Shown: positions 29,600-39,185 of the stretch, piece by piece
Numbering within the stretch: position 1 is the stretch's first letter
Layout of the letters: each line of letters opens with the position of its first letter
IMG/VR virus record: IMGVR_UViG_2595698914_000001
Location: 1-64,000 of that record
Source: a virus
Lineage: Duplodnaviria; Caudoviricetes
Length of the DNA: 64,000 bases
Direction: 5' to 3' (one strand)
Made by a program: the position numbers and the translations under genes
Notes under the pieces: generated by a model
What the model was told of the DNA's origin: nothing
The model's input: the letters and a program-made list of their open reading frames with translations, nothing else
The model's database searches: none

Positions 29600-31153
29600 A
29601 TGTCTGATAAGAAAGAAACCCCAGAAGAAGAAAAACAAAAAACGGTGAATGTTGAAGAAACAACAACCGAAGATTTACCGACACCTAAAGATAAACCGGT
29701 TACTGTCACTCCCCCTGAGTTTTTAGGTTTCGAAGAATGTGATTTAGAAATAGACCCTTCTCGTCCGATTGTTACTGTTTCTAAAGATGTACCTGTATCA
29801 CCACTTAATACATTAGTATTATCGTCTTCTTTATACGACGAGTCGTATATTGATAAGTTACATCCTGATGGTATAGTTGAAACCGATGCGGCTACTTCTG
29901 TTATGATTAGTGACTACGTAGTGGATACCAATGAAGCCTTATACTCTACACATAAAGGTAAAGTTAGCAATATCATTTCTGGTACAAATAAAGATGGTGA
30001 AGTTCGTAAGTCTGCAATTAGTAAGTCTAAACCTAAGTTAAATGGTAGCACTTTAGTAGGCGAAGCAGCTGTGCTTGCCATTACTACTAATATGGGTATG
30101 TCTGGTCAAATAGAAGTACCTTTAGTTAATAGTGGTTTCAGATTACGTATTAACCGTCTATCTGGTGATGACTTAGCTATTCTTGATGAGCAGTTACTAG
30201 TTAATAAAGGTGAATTTGGTCGTATGACCATTGGTACATCTATGGGCTTTAATAGCTCTTACTTACGTCGTGATATTATAAATGCGATATTACGAGCAGT
30301 AGTATCTCATAATATCGATGGTGTTCGTGATACAGATATAGATGCTATACGTAAACGTATTAAGTCTCGTGATTATAAGAGTCTATTAACTGCGGTTATG
30401 GTTGGTTCTTTCCCTGATGGCTTTAGTGCTAATATACCATGTACTAATACAAAGACTAAGTGTCGTCATGTTACTACCGGTTATGTTAATGCTGCTCGCT
30501 GTTTCCATGTAGACCATGGTTTACTAACAGATAAACAATTAGAAATCATTACTCGTCCTATTAGCGAGAAAGTGACTGATGTTGAATTAGAAGAGTATCA
30601 AGCTGATTTTAACACAGAAAAAGATTTCTTTGAATTCTCTAAAAATGGTTCTGTTTATCGTTTTGACTTCCAAAACTGTAACTTAGAAAATAATATCCGT
30701 TCAGGTATTACTTGGGCTGCTAATATTAATAAAGCGATTAATCGTTTCATTGCCAACAAAGACGATCCTGAAGTACGTAAGCGTGTTGTTAATAATACAC
30801 TTAATACCAACGTATTGGCTCAATTCGGTGGTTGGTTTAAATCTATTACTATATTAGATGAAGAAACGCGAGAAGTACAATTGACTGTTATAGACCAAGA
30901 TACAATTATTAAAGTTCTTAAAGAAATATATTCTGATGAGAAAGTTAATGATGTATTTGAAGCAATCAATAAGTACATCTACTCAGGTAATCCTGTAACT
31001 ATCGGTGTTCCTGAGTATCCATGTCCTGTTTGTGGTGAAGATGAAGTTAAATCAATTCTAGTTCCTCTAGATATTGAGTCGCTTTTTTTTATCCATCAGA
31101 TAGATCAGGGAATGCTATCAATGCATTTCGAACTTACGGATCTGACTACGTAG
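29600..31153 (+). CDS. tail/baseplate-hub assembly chaperone (phiKZ gp77-like; T4 gp26 / lambda gpG-like)
   Basis: C-x6-C and CPVC zinc sites; ...ESLFF near the end, encoded over a T8 slippery run. Confidence 0.6.
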   Translation: MSDKKETPEEEKQKTVNVEETTTEDLPTPKDKPVTVTPPEFLGFEECDLEIDPSRPIVTVSKDVPVSPLNTLVLSSSLYDESYIDKLHPDGIVETDAATSVMISDYVVDTNEALYSTHKGKVSNIISGTNKDGEVRKSAISKSKPKLNGSTLVGEAAVLAITTNMGMSGQIEVPLVNSGFRLRINRLSGDDLAILDEQLLVNKGEFGRMTIGTSMGFNSSYLRRDIINAILRAVVSHNIDGVRDTDIDAIRKRIKSRDYKSLLTAVMVGSFPDGFSANIPCTNTKTKCRHVTTGYVNAARCFHVDHGLLTDKQLEIITRPISEKVTDVELEEYQADFNTEKDFFEFSKNGSVYRFDFQNCNLENNIRSGITWAANINKAINRFIANKDDPEVRKRVVNNTLNTNVLAQFGGWFKSITILDEETREVQLTVIDQDTIIKVLKEIYSDEKVNDVFEAINKYIYSGNPVTIGVPEYPCPVCGEDEVKSILVPLDIESLFFIHQIDQGMLSMHFELTDLTT

Positions 31154-31539
31154 ATAGTCTTATAGAACACACTGAATGGTTAGTTGATTCTTTGTGTTCT
31201 CTAGACTTATCTAAGTCACCAAAAGAACTACTTATAGACATAGAACAACTCTACGTAGATAAGTTTAAATTAGTTCCCTTGGTTGACACTGGACCTAAGA
31301 AAAGTAAGTTTGGTTTATCTGCATTCTTTATAGAGGAGTCTGGATTTGAAGGTGGTTTATATCAGTATTTATATCGGAAGTTTTATTTACTAGATATATA
31401 CAAGGCTACAGGTATTGATTTTAACACATGGTTAAATCAACCTTTTTATATAATAAACCGTCAGCTGAAACAGATACCCCAGTTACTAGAAGAGAAAGCG
31501 GCTATCATGGAAAAGCATAATGCTAACTTAAGTAAATAA
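31090..31539 (+). CDS. gpT/gp51-like extension read in the -1 frame (ORF track start 31192 is a TTG without RBS)
   Basis: -1 frame open from 31078 to 31539; C-terminal IYKATGIDFNTWLNQP matches the gpT-like G.s..e.l..P motif. Confidence 0.6.
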   Translation, partial: YPSDRSGNAINAFRTYGSDYVDSLIEHTEWLVDSLCSLDLSKSPKELLIDIEQLYVDKFKLVPLVDTGPKKSKFGLSAFFIEESGFEGGLYQYLYRKFYLLDIYKATGIDFNTWLNQPFYIINRQLKQIPQLLEEKAAIMEKHNANLSK

Positions 31540-31565
31540 TTAGACAGGGCATTAGCCCTGTCTAA
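31540..31565 (+). terminator. hairpin terminator
   Basis: TTAGACAGGGC-ATTA-GCCCTGTCTAA. Confidence 0.7.
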
Positions 31566-31598
31566 CTTACGTCTTTTAAGTGTGGCTAAATATTTATA

Positions 31599-31617
31599 CC
31601 TATATATAATATAAATG
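31599..31617 (+). promoter_or_regulatory. putative early promoter CCTATATATAATATAAATG for the nvRNAP-beta operon
   Basis: Recurrent motif. Confidence 0.55.
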
Positions 31618-31809
31618 GTAGAGTAATCTATTCTAGTTAAAACTATACTTTAGTTGGGAGTTCCACTATAGTAAATGGTCTTTATGAGATGTACTTAAGC
31701 CTTACCTGAAAACGGTATACTTAAGGAAATCAATAATTTAGTACACTTAGAGTATGTTGTATTATTCTATAAATCTTAATTAAAAGAAATACTTCTTTGG
31801 AGATAAGTT

Positions 31810-32847
31810 ATGATTCACATGACTTTACCTAGAGAAGCGGTAGGTCCTGAAACTAGAAATAGTTCAGTAGATGGTCTAGTACCATTTACGGAAATTAGCT
31901 ATATCAATAAGACAGGTAAAACTGTTTACTTGAAAGATAGGCATGGTGCCCATCAAGCTATTCCCTCGCTACCAGCTGAAGCTAAACACGATGGATATCT
32001 TCATATGAAGGTGTCTTATCATTGTATGTTGTCGGCTCAACTTTCTTTTGATAATCAAGATAATCAATTTCAAGAAGTTAATACCCCTATGGTTGCACGA
32101 CGTGCGACAACGCAGTATTCGGTTAACCCGAGTGATTGCGCATATGGAGAAGTCATTTTTAGTCAAGAACTAGGTTTGCTCATCAGTTTCAATAGGCCGC
32201 TCACTTTTGTCGACGTATTTCCGGATACCTCGCGAGCTGTCCCTGCTGGCACCTACCAATCTTCTGACCGCATCGTTAGTACAGTTGACCTTTCAATTGG
32301 CATAGTTATCGTAGATAACGTCAATCCGAATTCGCCATACTTTATTAACGTAGAGAACCGCGTATATAAGTTATTCTCCAGAACATCCGAGGATGCGGGT
32401 AATTTATCCGATGGAGTCCATGTCTTAGATACCCGAACGCCAGTCGATGGTAGCCGTGAGGCTAGGTACGATTTAAATGAATGCACGTATGATGGGTCTG
32501 GTAAATTTACCAGCCCATTTACGTTGTTTACTAATCCACATGATGCAAAAACAAACGGTCATCGAAATGCGTTAATTGAAGCCGAACGCCATGAAATGGA
32601 AATGAAGCTGAAAGCGCAAGAGAACGACGTCTTGAATTTGAAAGCCTTGATTGCAAAAGCTAAAGAAGAAGCTGCTTTACGTAAAGAAGCTTTAGATGCA
32701 GTGAGTGACCACCGTAAGGACTACTATGAAGGTAGGTCTTATACTAGAAAGGATACCAGCGAAGGTATCTCAATGCCAGCCAAAATTATTGGAGGGATTG
32801 GTGCTATAGCAGCCGCTATCTTTGGGGCAGTTAAATTGCTAGCATAA
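31810..32847 (+). CDS. conserved phiKZ-like protein with coiled coil and C-terminal membrane anchor
   Basis: KDYYEGRSYTRKDTSE followed by a hydrophobic tail; RBS GGAG. Confidence 0.7.
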   Translation: MIHMTLPREAVGPETRNSSVDGLVPFTEISYINKTGKTVYLKDRHGAHQAIPSLPAEAKHDGYLHMKVSYHCMLSAQLSFDNQDNQFQEVNTPMVARRATTQYSVNPSDCAYGEVIFSQELGLLISFNRPLTFVDVFPDTSRAVPAGTYQSSDRIVSTVDLSIGIVIVDNVNPNSPYFINVENRVYKLFSRTSEDAGNLSDGVHVLDTRTPVDGSREARYDLNECTYDGSGKFTSPFTLFTNPHDAKTNGHRNALIEAERHEMEMKLKAQENDVLNLKALIAKAKEEAALRKEALDAVSDHRKDYYEGRSYTRKDTSEGISMPAKIIGGIGAIAAAIFGAVKLLA

Positions 32848-32908
32848 CAATCAACGTACAGTATCTGTAATCGTTTTTTCTTTGTGCTAGTAAAAGGATA
32901 AAAATAAG

Positions 32909-34540
32909 ATGAATCTATTCAGTTTAAGTAAGAAGAGTAATGCTCCAAGGTTCAATAAGTTGATAACGGATAATTTTGCATACCATCAACTTAAAGACCC
33001 TATCGGAGTATTGAGTGCTCAGTTAAATCAAATCAAATCAAGCTTTGGAGACCATTTAGTTCTAAAGCAGATTCGTATGGCTGAACCTAGAGAGGAGATA
33101 CGCGAGAGTTTTATTACGCGTACTATGGGTGGTGGTCCTAGGCTTAAAGTAGACGATTCAAATCTATATATGGTAGCAATTGAATTCGAATACTTTGGTA
33201 AGCCTATAAGACCCGCGTATGTACGTTTACCGTATATACTTAGGGGAGGGAAATTAATAATGGATGGTAGGACATCATTCGTTACGCCAGTAATGGTCGA
33301 TAGAGGTGTTAACTTAAATAAAGACGGTATGTTCGTACCGTTAAACAGAGCTAAGCACATCTTCCTACGTTCCACATATCCTTTATTAGAAAACGATTTC
33401 CTCATTAATGACAATGTTCTTATCTCTGAATTACATACAGGTAAGAAGTTAACACGTGATAAAGGCGTAGGTAGAATACCTATTAAACCTACAATCTTCG
33501 TGTACTTAATGTTGAAACATGGATTCACTAATGCAGTTAAACAGTTCTTTGGTTTAGATGTTGAAGTGTATCAGGGTAGCAAAGAACAAGCGTTTGCAAA
33601 GTACCCACGTGATAAGTATGTAATATACAGTAGCGCTGGAGAGAAACCTCGTTTACTTAATCGTGAGCGTTGGTCTGAACCAGAACTACATATTATCTTT
33701 AAAGGTGAACCAGGCGACCATAGACTATCAGAAATAGCAGTTAATTTCTTTTACATCTACGATAGCTTCACTACCTTCTTAGATAAGGATACAATTGAAA
33801 GTACCGACGTGTGGAAGTATATAGCAGGTCACATTATATTCAATTATCCAGAAAGTAATGCTAAGTTAGCAGAGCGAATTGATAACCATCTAGAACGTTC
33901 AATTAATTTACTCATTGATAATAGTACTCGCAAGGAACTTTATATTGATGGTATTGATGTTGACGATAGTTATGAGTTATTCGCATGGTTAATTAAGAAC
34001 GAGAAAGCTACGTTTATTAATAAGAACCCAGCTAGTCTGGAAAATAAACGCTTAGTTAGTACACGTTACACAATGGCCCCAATTAACAAAGCAGTTACTT
34101 TATTAAGTTATGCATTAGAAAACTGTAAGGATAATCCACCAACCCACGATAAGATGGAAAAGATTATTCGAGACAAGTTACGTGAAGGCTTAATACGTGA
34201 TATACGTAAGAACAACGGTGAGATAAACTCACTACAATGCCCAACCGATAACATATGGTTAAACATTAGTCGTAACGTAGTTCCTCAATCTAAAGCAGTA
34301 CGAGGTAGCGGACGCGATGCTATGTTAATGTATAAACCAGAAAACTTACTTCACCCATCTCTGTTAGTTTACGCACAAGTTGATGGTATGCCTAAGTCTG
34401 ACCCAACACGTAAGAGTTTCATTAACCCTTATCTAAATGTTGACTCGTCAGGTAACTTATCGCATTCACCTAAGTACGACCCAATGCTAAAACAACTTTC
34501 AGAAATGATTAAATACGATTACGGATTTAAAGAGGAATAA
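32909..34540 (+). CDS. rpoB: non-virion RNA polymerase beta subunit, N-terminal part (phiKZ gp123-like)
   Basis: 543 aa; YVRLPYI..GG.L.MDG....TPVM.D beta region; SFINPY near the C-terminus. Confidence 0.75.
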   Translation: MNLFSLSKKSNAPRFNKLITDNFAYHQLKDPIGVLSAQLNQIKSSFGDHLVLKQIRMAEPREEIRESFITRTMGGGPRLKVDDSNLYMVAIEFEYFGKPIRPAYVRLPYILRGGKLIMDGRTSFVTPVMVDRGVNLNKDGMFVPLNRAKHIFLRSTYPLLENDFLINDNVLISELHTGKKLTRDKGVGRIPIKPTIFVYLMLKHGFTNAVKQFFGLDVEVYQGSKEQAFAKYPRDKYVIYSSAGEKPRLLNRERWSEPELHIIFKGEPGDHRLSEIAVNFFYIYDSFTTFLDKDTIESTDVWKYIAGHIIFNYPESNAKLAERIDNHLERSINLLIDNSTRKELYIDGIDVDDSYELFAWLIKNEKATFINKNPASLENKRLVSTRYTMAPINKAVTLLSYALENCKDNPPTHDKMEKIIRDKLREGLIRDIRKNNGEINSLQCPTDNIWLNISRNVVPQSKAVRGSGRDAMLMYKPENLLHPSLLVYAQVDGMPKSDPTRKSFINPYLNVDSSGNLSHSPKYDPMLKQLSEMIKYDYGFKEE

Positions 34541-34546
34541 TTCCAA

Positions 34547-37117
34547 ATGGATAAATCGCACCAGTTTGGCTTTACTAACAAAGCCCATCAAGTACCTGCA
34601 CCACAGCAACATGTACAACCTAGAGAACTTCTTCCTATGGTTAGCACGGTACTTACAGCCCAAGAACAAGTTATTCTAGCTGAAAAATTCAGAAGCTTTA
34701 TTATAGGTATGTATACACCTGCTGAATCTTACAGTAATCTAATTTTCAACATCCTGACAGAAAACAACTGTCGGACTAACACTTACGTAGAAGCCCTTAC
34801 TAATTACCTTATGTATTGTGCTTCGTTTAAAAAGAAATTCCCACAGGACTTTGCGGGTAACGTTGCAGCGCATACGCTATTAGCTAAAGTTGCTATATTC
34901 CGAGTTGATGATATTAAGAATCAATTTAAGTTCTGGATGAATTCTGGTAATCAAGAAGTTATTGGTTGGGTTCAACAAGAAAACAGTCAGATTAAAAATG
35001 ACGGTTTTGTTAATACTATAACTGAATTAACTAAAGCAGCTATTGCTAAACGTACTCAGAATACAGGTATGGGTTTTAGTACCGGTATGGGTGGTCAACC
35101 TCAGTCTGGTATGGGTATGCCTAATCAGAGTATGGGTATGGGTATGCAACAATCAACCGGTATGGGTATGCAGCAGTCGACTGGTATGGGAATGGGGATG
35201 CAACAGCAATCTTCTGGAATGCAAGCGTCTAATAGTGCAGCGGATAGTATGGGATTAAATACTCAACCTGTAATTAAACCCAATACAATGACCTCTATGT
35301 CACCAGAAGCAGTAGTACCTACACCTGCTCCAGTTCAAGAAGTTAAACCAACTACTACAATTCAGTCGGATGTTAAGGTTGAAGGTAATCGTCTTATAGG
35401 TGATACTAACAATCCTCAGTTCTCTGAATTACTTAAACGTCAGTTTGATAAAGTAGGTGGCTGGGAAGTAAATCCTACTGAAGGGTTTGATAAGAGCGAT
35501 GTACTAGACGTTAAATCATTTAGATGGAATAGTAAGTATGGTGTATTAACTCAAGAAAATAAAGTTATGCCTTGTACTTACAATCAGTTAGATGAGTACA
35601 TTGATAAAATCGAACAACACTTCGATAATCAATTAGAAAAGCTTCAAGAGTCATATCCTAAGTTAGATGTTAACGATGCATCTAGTGAAGGGTTCATGGC
35701 TTATAGTCAGTTAGTGAATAAATACACTAGAGCTAAGAACGATGAGTTATCTCAGCGTGAGTTCGGTTCTATGACTGGTTCAGATACAGTTGTAGCTATT
35801 GGTACTAAACCGTGGATGCTTAACATCTCTATCTTAGATGCAGCTATGGAAATATTCGGTGAGCGTACATTAACGTTAATCGAAGAAGATACGTACATCG
35901 TTGTGATTAATAATCGTGAGTATATCTTACTTGATTCATCTGATGCATTTACAAATACATTAGTAGCTAGTAAGCGTAGTACTTATCGTAATAATTGGTC
36001 GCGTGCAGATAACCGTTCTGTTAAAGGACATTACTATTTAATTAACCACTACTTAACAGATGTTGATGGTGGTCCAGTAATCGAAGACTTCTATATAGGA
36101 GAAGAAGGTATGAACCCAGAAAATTATCATTTAGAAGAAAACAGTCCGTCGTTTAAAACAGATGTGATTGATGAAGATGGTAACGTTGCTACTGAAGCGT
36201 TGGTAGTTAACCCTACTGATAAATTTGTAGTGCGTGACTTAGAACTATCTCTAATGCATTACACACCGATTCAAGTTGCAGAAGCGTTACGTACAGAAGC
36301 GGCTAACAAGCGTATTGGTGAATGGGGTCGTTCTATCCTTAAAGGTAGCACATCTCAGTTTAACTACCATCTTGCTACAAGTAAGAAAGACCGTCAACTA
36401 TTAACTGAATTAAATGAGTTACTTGATAAAGGTGACTTACGTACAGTTATGGACTTAGGCGATTGGTTAGTTAGTAAGCGTGAAGAAGGTGTACTTACAT
36501 TACGTACTGAACGTTTCATCGACGGTACAGTAATGAAAGAACTTAACACTGTATTCAACGATGTATTAATGTTTGAAGGTTTAATTATTGATGTGTCTTT
36601 CATTGATGAGTATGTTGAGTTAATCGAATACTTACAATCAGAAAACACACCAAACAACATCAAAGTACTATTTGCTAAGATGGAATACTTCATTCTGCGT
36701 AAAGTACTTTTACCTCAATCTATTAATCCTGTAACTGAGCAAGCCAAATCTATTATTAAACATTACAATACGGTAACTCCGTACAAAGTAACTAATAGTA
36801 AAGATGGCGGTAACATTCGTCTTGAAGAAGGTGCTGACCCACTTAAGCTAGTAGATGTTCTATTACCTTATAAAGAAACAACAGTGGTTTACGCATTACC
36901 TTCAAGTATGCAAGAACTTGGATTAAATCCACATGCAGGTACTCTATCTGTTCCGTGGACTGTTTTGAATGCTGACCTGTTAGATGAAATTAAGAAACAT
37001 TTTACAGCGGCTTACACATTGGAAACAATCGTACTAGTAACTACTGATAATTATGTGGTTCGTGTATCTGGTTCAAGTGATGAGATGTTATCTGGTACTC
37101 TTAGTATCGTAGTATAA
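34547..37117 (+). CDS. large conserved phiKZ-like protein (probably gp122-like) with Met/Gly/Gln low-complexity linker
   Basis: 856 aa; directly downstream of the nvRNAP beta gene. Confidence 0.65.
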   Translation: MDKSHQFGFTNKAHQVPAPQQHVQPRELLPMVSTVLTAQEQVILAEKFRSFIIGMYTPAESYSNLIFNILTENNCRTNTYVEALTNYLMYCASFKKKFPQDFAGNVAAHTLLAKVAIFRVDDIKNQFKFWMNSGNQEVIGWVQQENSQIKNDGFVNTITELTKAAIAKRTQNTGMGFSTGMGGQPQSGMGMPNQSMGMGMQQSTGMGMQQSTGMGMGMQQQSSGMQASNSAADSMGLNTQPVIKPNTMTSMSPEAVVPTPAPVQEVKPTTTIQSDVKVEGNRLIGDTNNPQFSELLKRQFDKVGGWEVNPTEGFDKSDVLDVKSFRWNSKYGVLTQENKVMPCTYNQLDEYIDKIEQHFDNQLEKLQESYPKLDVNDASSEGFMAYSQLVNKYTRAKNDELSQREFGSMTGSDTVVAIGTKPWMLNISILDAAMEIFGERTLTLIEEDTYIVVINNREYILLDSSDAFTNTLVASKRSTYRNNWSRADNRSVKGHYYLINHYLTDVDGGPVIEDFYIGEEGMNPENYHLEENSPSFKTDVIDEDGNVATEALVVNPTDKFVVRDLELSLMHYTPIQVAEALRTEAANKRIGEWGRSILKGSTSQFNYHLATSKKDRQLLTELNELLDKGDLRTVMDLGDWLVSKREEGVLTLRTERFIDGTVMKELNTVFNDVLMFEGLIIDVSFIDEYVELIEYLQSENTPNNIKVLFAKMEYFILRKVLLPQSINPVTEQAKSIIKHYNTVTPYKVTNSKDGGNIRLEEGADPLKLVDVLLPYKETTVVYALPSSMQELGLNPHAGTLSVPWTVLNADLLDEIKKHFTAAYTLETIVLVTTDNYVVRVSGSSDEMLSGTLSIVV
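35061..35226 (+). repeat. degenerate in-frame repeat encoding (S/T)GMGMQQ
   Basis: GGTATGGG(T/A) recurs six times. Confidence 0.8.
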
Positions 37118-37128
37118 TATCAAATAAT

Positions 37129-37155
37129 TATAGCCTAGGGATTACCTAGGCTATA
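37129..37155 (+). terminator. hairpin terminator
   Basis: TATAGCCTAGG-GATTA-CCTAGGCTATA. Confidence 0.6.
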
Positions 37156-37252
37156 TATCTAAGTGTACTTCCATAAGTATCTTTAGATATATTAATTTAC
37201 ATGTAGAGCAAGTATCTATGTATTATTTTATTTTAGTCAAAGGAAACGTATA

Positions 37253-37900
37253 ATGTCTGTACAAACAGCAAGTGAAGTAAGAGCTTTAGATAAGACTGCT
37301 AAAGCCATCAAGAAGAATGTAACAAAAACAAAGATTAATACTAACCAAGTTATTAACTGGGCACTTCTAACGGCTGAATTTCAAACAGCTTATAAGGTTG
37401 CTCCTAGTCTGCGTAAAGTTCTACCTGATAATTTAATATTTAAAATGGAAGAACGTGTACGTGAATTAGAAACTCTTCAACAGCAAGAACTTCTAATGGC
37501 TTTCAATATCGCAACAACTAAAAATCAATTAGCGACGACACCCATCTATCCTATCGCTGAGCCAGATGTAATGTTTGAGTATTACATGATGTCGGTTGCA
37601 GACTACGGTCAAGATGACTTTGGTATGGGTATGCGTGATGTTGGCTTAGTTAGACATCAGTCAGATGTACTATTTACAGCCAATGCGCCTGTATTTAAAA
37701 TAGCTCAGTTCTTTTCAGCCCCAGGTTATGTTGAAATGTTGGCCGATGAATCTATTACTGATGAGAAGTTAACAGCAATTCATTTAACATTGATGCAGTT
37801 GTTCTGTGTTAAATCTAGCGAATATAATGACTTACTATCTAGTGGTTTATTAGACCAAGATACAGTAGTTACATTACAGTTAGATGACGTTATCATTTAA
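37253..37900 (+). CDS. hypothetical protein
   Basis: RBS AAGGA; 215 aa. Confidence 0.7.
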   Translation: MSVQTASEVRALDKTAKAIKKNVTKTKINTNQVINWALLTAEFQTAYKVAPSLRKVLPDNLIFKMEERVRELETLQQQELLMAFNIATTKNQLATTPIYPIAEPDVMFEYYMMSVADYGQDDFGMGMRDVGLVRHQSDVLFTANAPVFKIAQFFSAPGYVEMLADESITDEKLTAIHLTLMQLFCVKSSEYNDLLSSGLLDQDTVVTLQLDDVII

Positions 37901-37971
37901 AGTTAACTATATTACAGGAGAGACATTAGTCTCTCCTTATTTACATATTAAATTTATAAAGGGTAAATCCG

Positions 37972-38505
37972 ATGATTGATTTCATAACTATAGAAGATAA
38001 CAAATTAGTGTATCTTGATGAAGTAAATGGGATTAGTGAGCGAGTTACTGACCTCAGAGGTAAGGAAGTTACTTTAGATGGTTGTGAGGCGGTACTTGGT
38101 CTAATAAGTATAGTTCATGACTTAAATGAAATAATAGCCACATCTACAGGGGACATGGTAAGTATATTAGATAATAACTTCATGTCTATTGGAAGTGTAG
38201 ACTTAACCATATACGTAGTTGTAGTTACTGATGAAGGTAAGTATCGATTATGTAGAATAATTCATAATAGTAAAGATGGGTGGTCTGGTACATGGATTAA
38301 TATAGTAAGTTCTAATGTTGAGATAACGTCAATGTTACGTAAAATGTACGACTGCGATATTATATCTCTTTTAAAACTACGCAGTGTGTTAAATGGCGAT
38401 AAGAGTAATAACATTAAGACTATAGACTTACCTACTTTAGAAAGAGACTATATACCCTTAGGTTCTATTGCTAAAGAGGAAGTTAAATTGGAGTTTAAAC
38501 TATGA
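37972..38505 (+). CDS. hypothetical protein, paralog of the next gene
   Basis: VVVTDEG...HNSKDGW resembles VLVTDTD...HDSKEGW. Confidence 0.65.
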   Translation: MIDFITIEDNKLVYLDEVNGISERVTDLRGKEVTLDGCEAVLGLISIVHDLNEIIATSTGDMVSILDNNFMSIGSVDLTIYVVVVTDEGKYRLCRIIHNSKDGWSGTWINIVSSNVEITSMLRKMYDCDIISLLKLRSVLNGDKSNNIKTIDLPTLERDYIPLGSIAKEEVKLEFKL

Positions 38506-39113
38506 CTATAATTGTTAGAGATGATGATGGTTTATTCTACTCAGATACTAAGGTTACGTTAGATGACCTAAACCCAACATACCATATCAAGTATATTACT
38601 ATGAATGGATATGTTTCTGTAGTTAATCCTGAAGATAAAGATACCAAGTTAAAAATACCTGTCTCTGGTTTCTTTTGTGCTGGATATCTAACTCATGAGT
38701 TTAGAACTCTAATTAATGGTATAGGTGGAGATGTTGGTAATTACTTAGCTGATAACTTAGACGATAGAGTTAATGATATTAAAGTAACTATCGTGTTGGT
38801 AACTGATACGGATACTACGTATACATTACATCATGATTCTAAAGAAGGCTGGCTCATATCTACATATGATAAAGGTTCTGTCTTAGCGTGGGGAGACCCT
38901 AACTTATTCTACACGTTAAATGAAACTTTGACAGATTTAAGTATCCAAGAAGTATTGTTACTAATGTTTAAATTAGAGTTAGTAGATTCTGTAGGTGGTG
39001 ATTTAATCTTAGTAGACCCTAAGAATCCTAAACCTGCGGTAATAAATATCAAAGAATCAGAGAAGAAAGAATTGTATAGTAAATTTGATAAAGCTATGCG
39101 TTCTCTACTTTAA
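38502..39113 (+). CDS. Ntn-hydrolase (HslV/proteasome-beta)-like hypothetical protein
   Basis: N-terminal MTIIV..DG.FYSDT, internal AG and AWGD. Confidence 0.45.
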   Translation: MTIIVRDDDGLFYSDTKVTLDDLNPTYHIKYITMNGYVSVVNPEDKDTKLKIPVSGFFCAGYLTHEFRTLINGIGGDVGNYLADNLDDRVNDIKVTIVLVTDTDTTYTLHHDSKEGWLISTYDKGSVLAWGDPNLFYTLNETLTDLSIQEVLLLMFKLELVDSVGGDLILVDPKNPKPAVINIKESEKKELYSKFDKAMRSLL

Positions 39114-39142
39114 AAGTTTTTAATGGGTCGTTGGTGCGACTT

Positions 39143-39179
39143 AAAAGAGTAGGGTGTGAACCCTACTTCTTTTTTTTTT
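39143..39179. terminator. bidirectional terminator
   Basis: AAAAGAGTAGGGT-GTGA-ACCCTACTTC followed by T10. Confidence 0.8.
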
Positions 39180-39185
39180 ACTTTT

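Noticed and set aside
31810-32847. Higher-GC, atypical codon usage suggesting a hidden overlapping gene
   Set aside because: The +1 frame I read has frequent stops and the ORF track shows only short antisense ORFs here
22221-34540. Introns or inteins in the DNA polymerase and RNAP genes
   Set aside because: ORFs are continuous and of expected size, with no intein C/HN ends or homing-endonuclease motifs
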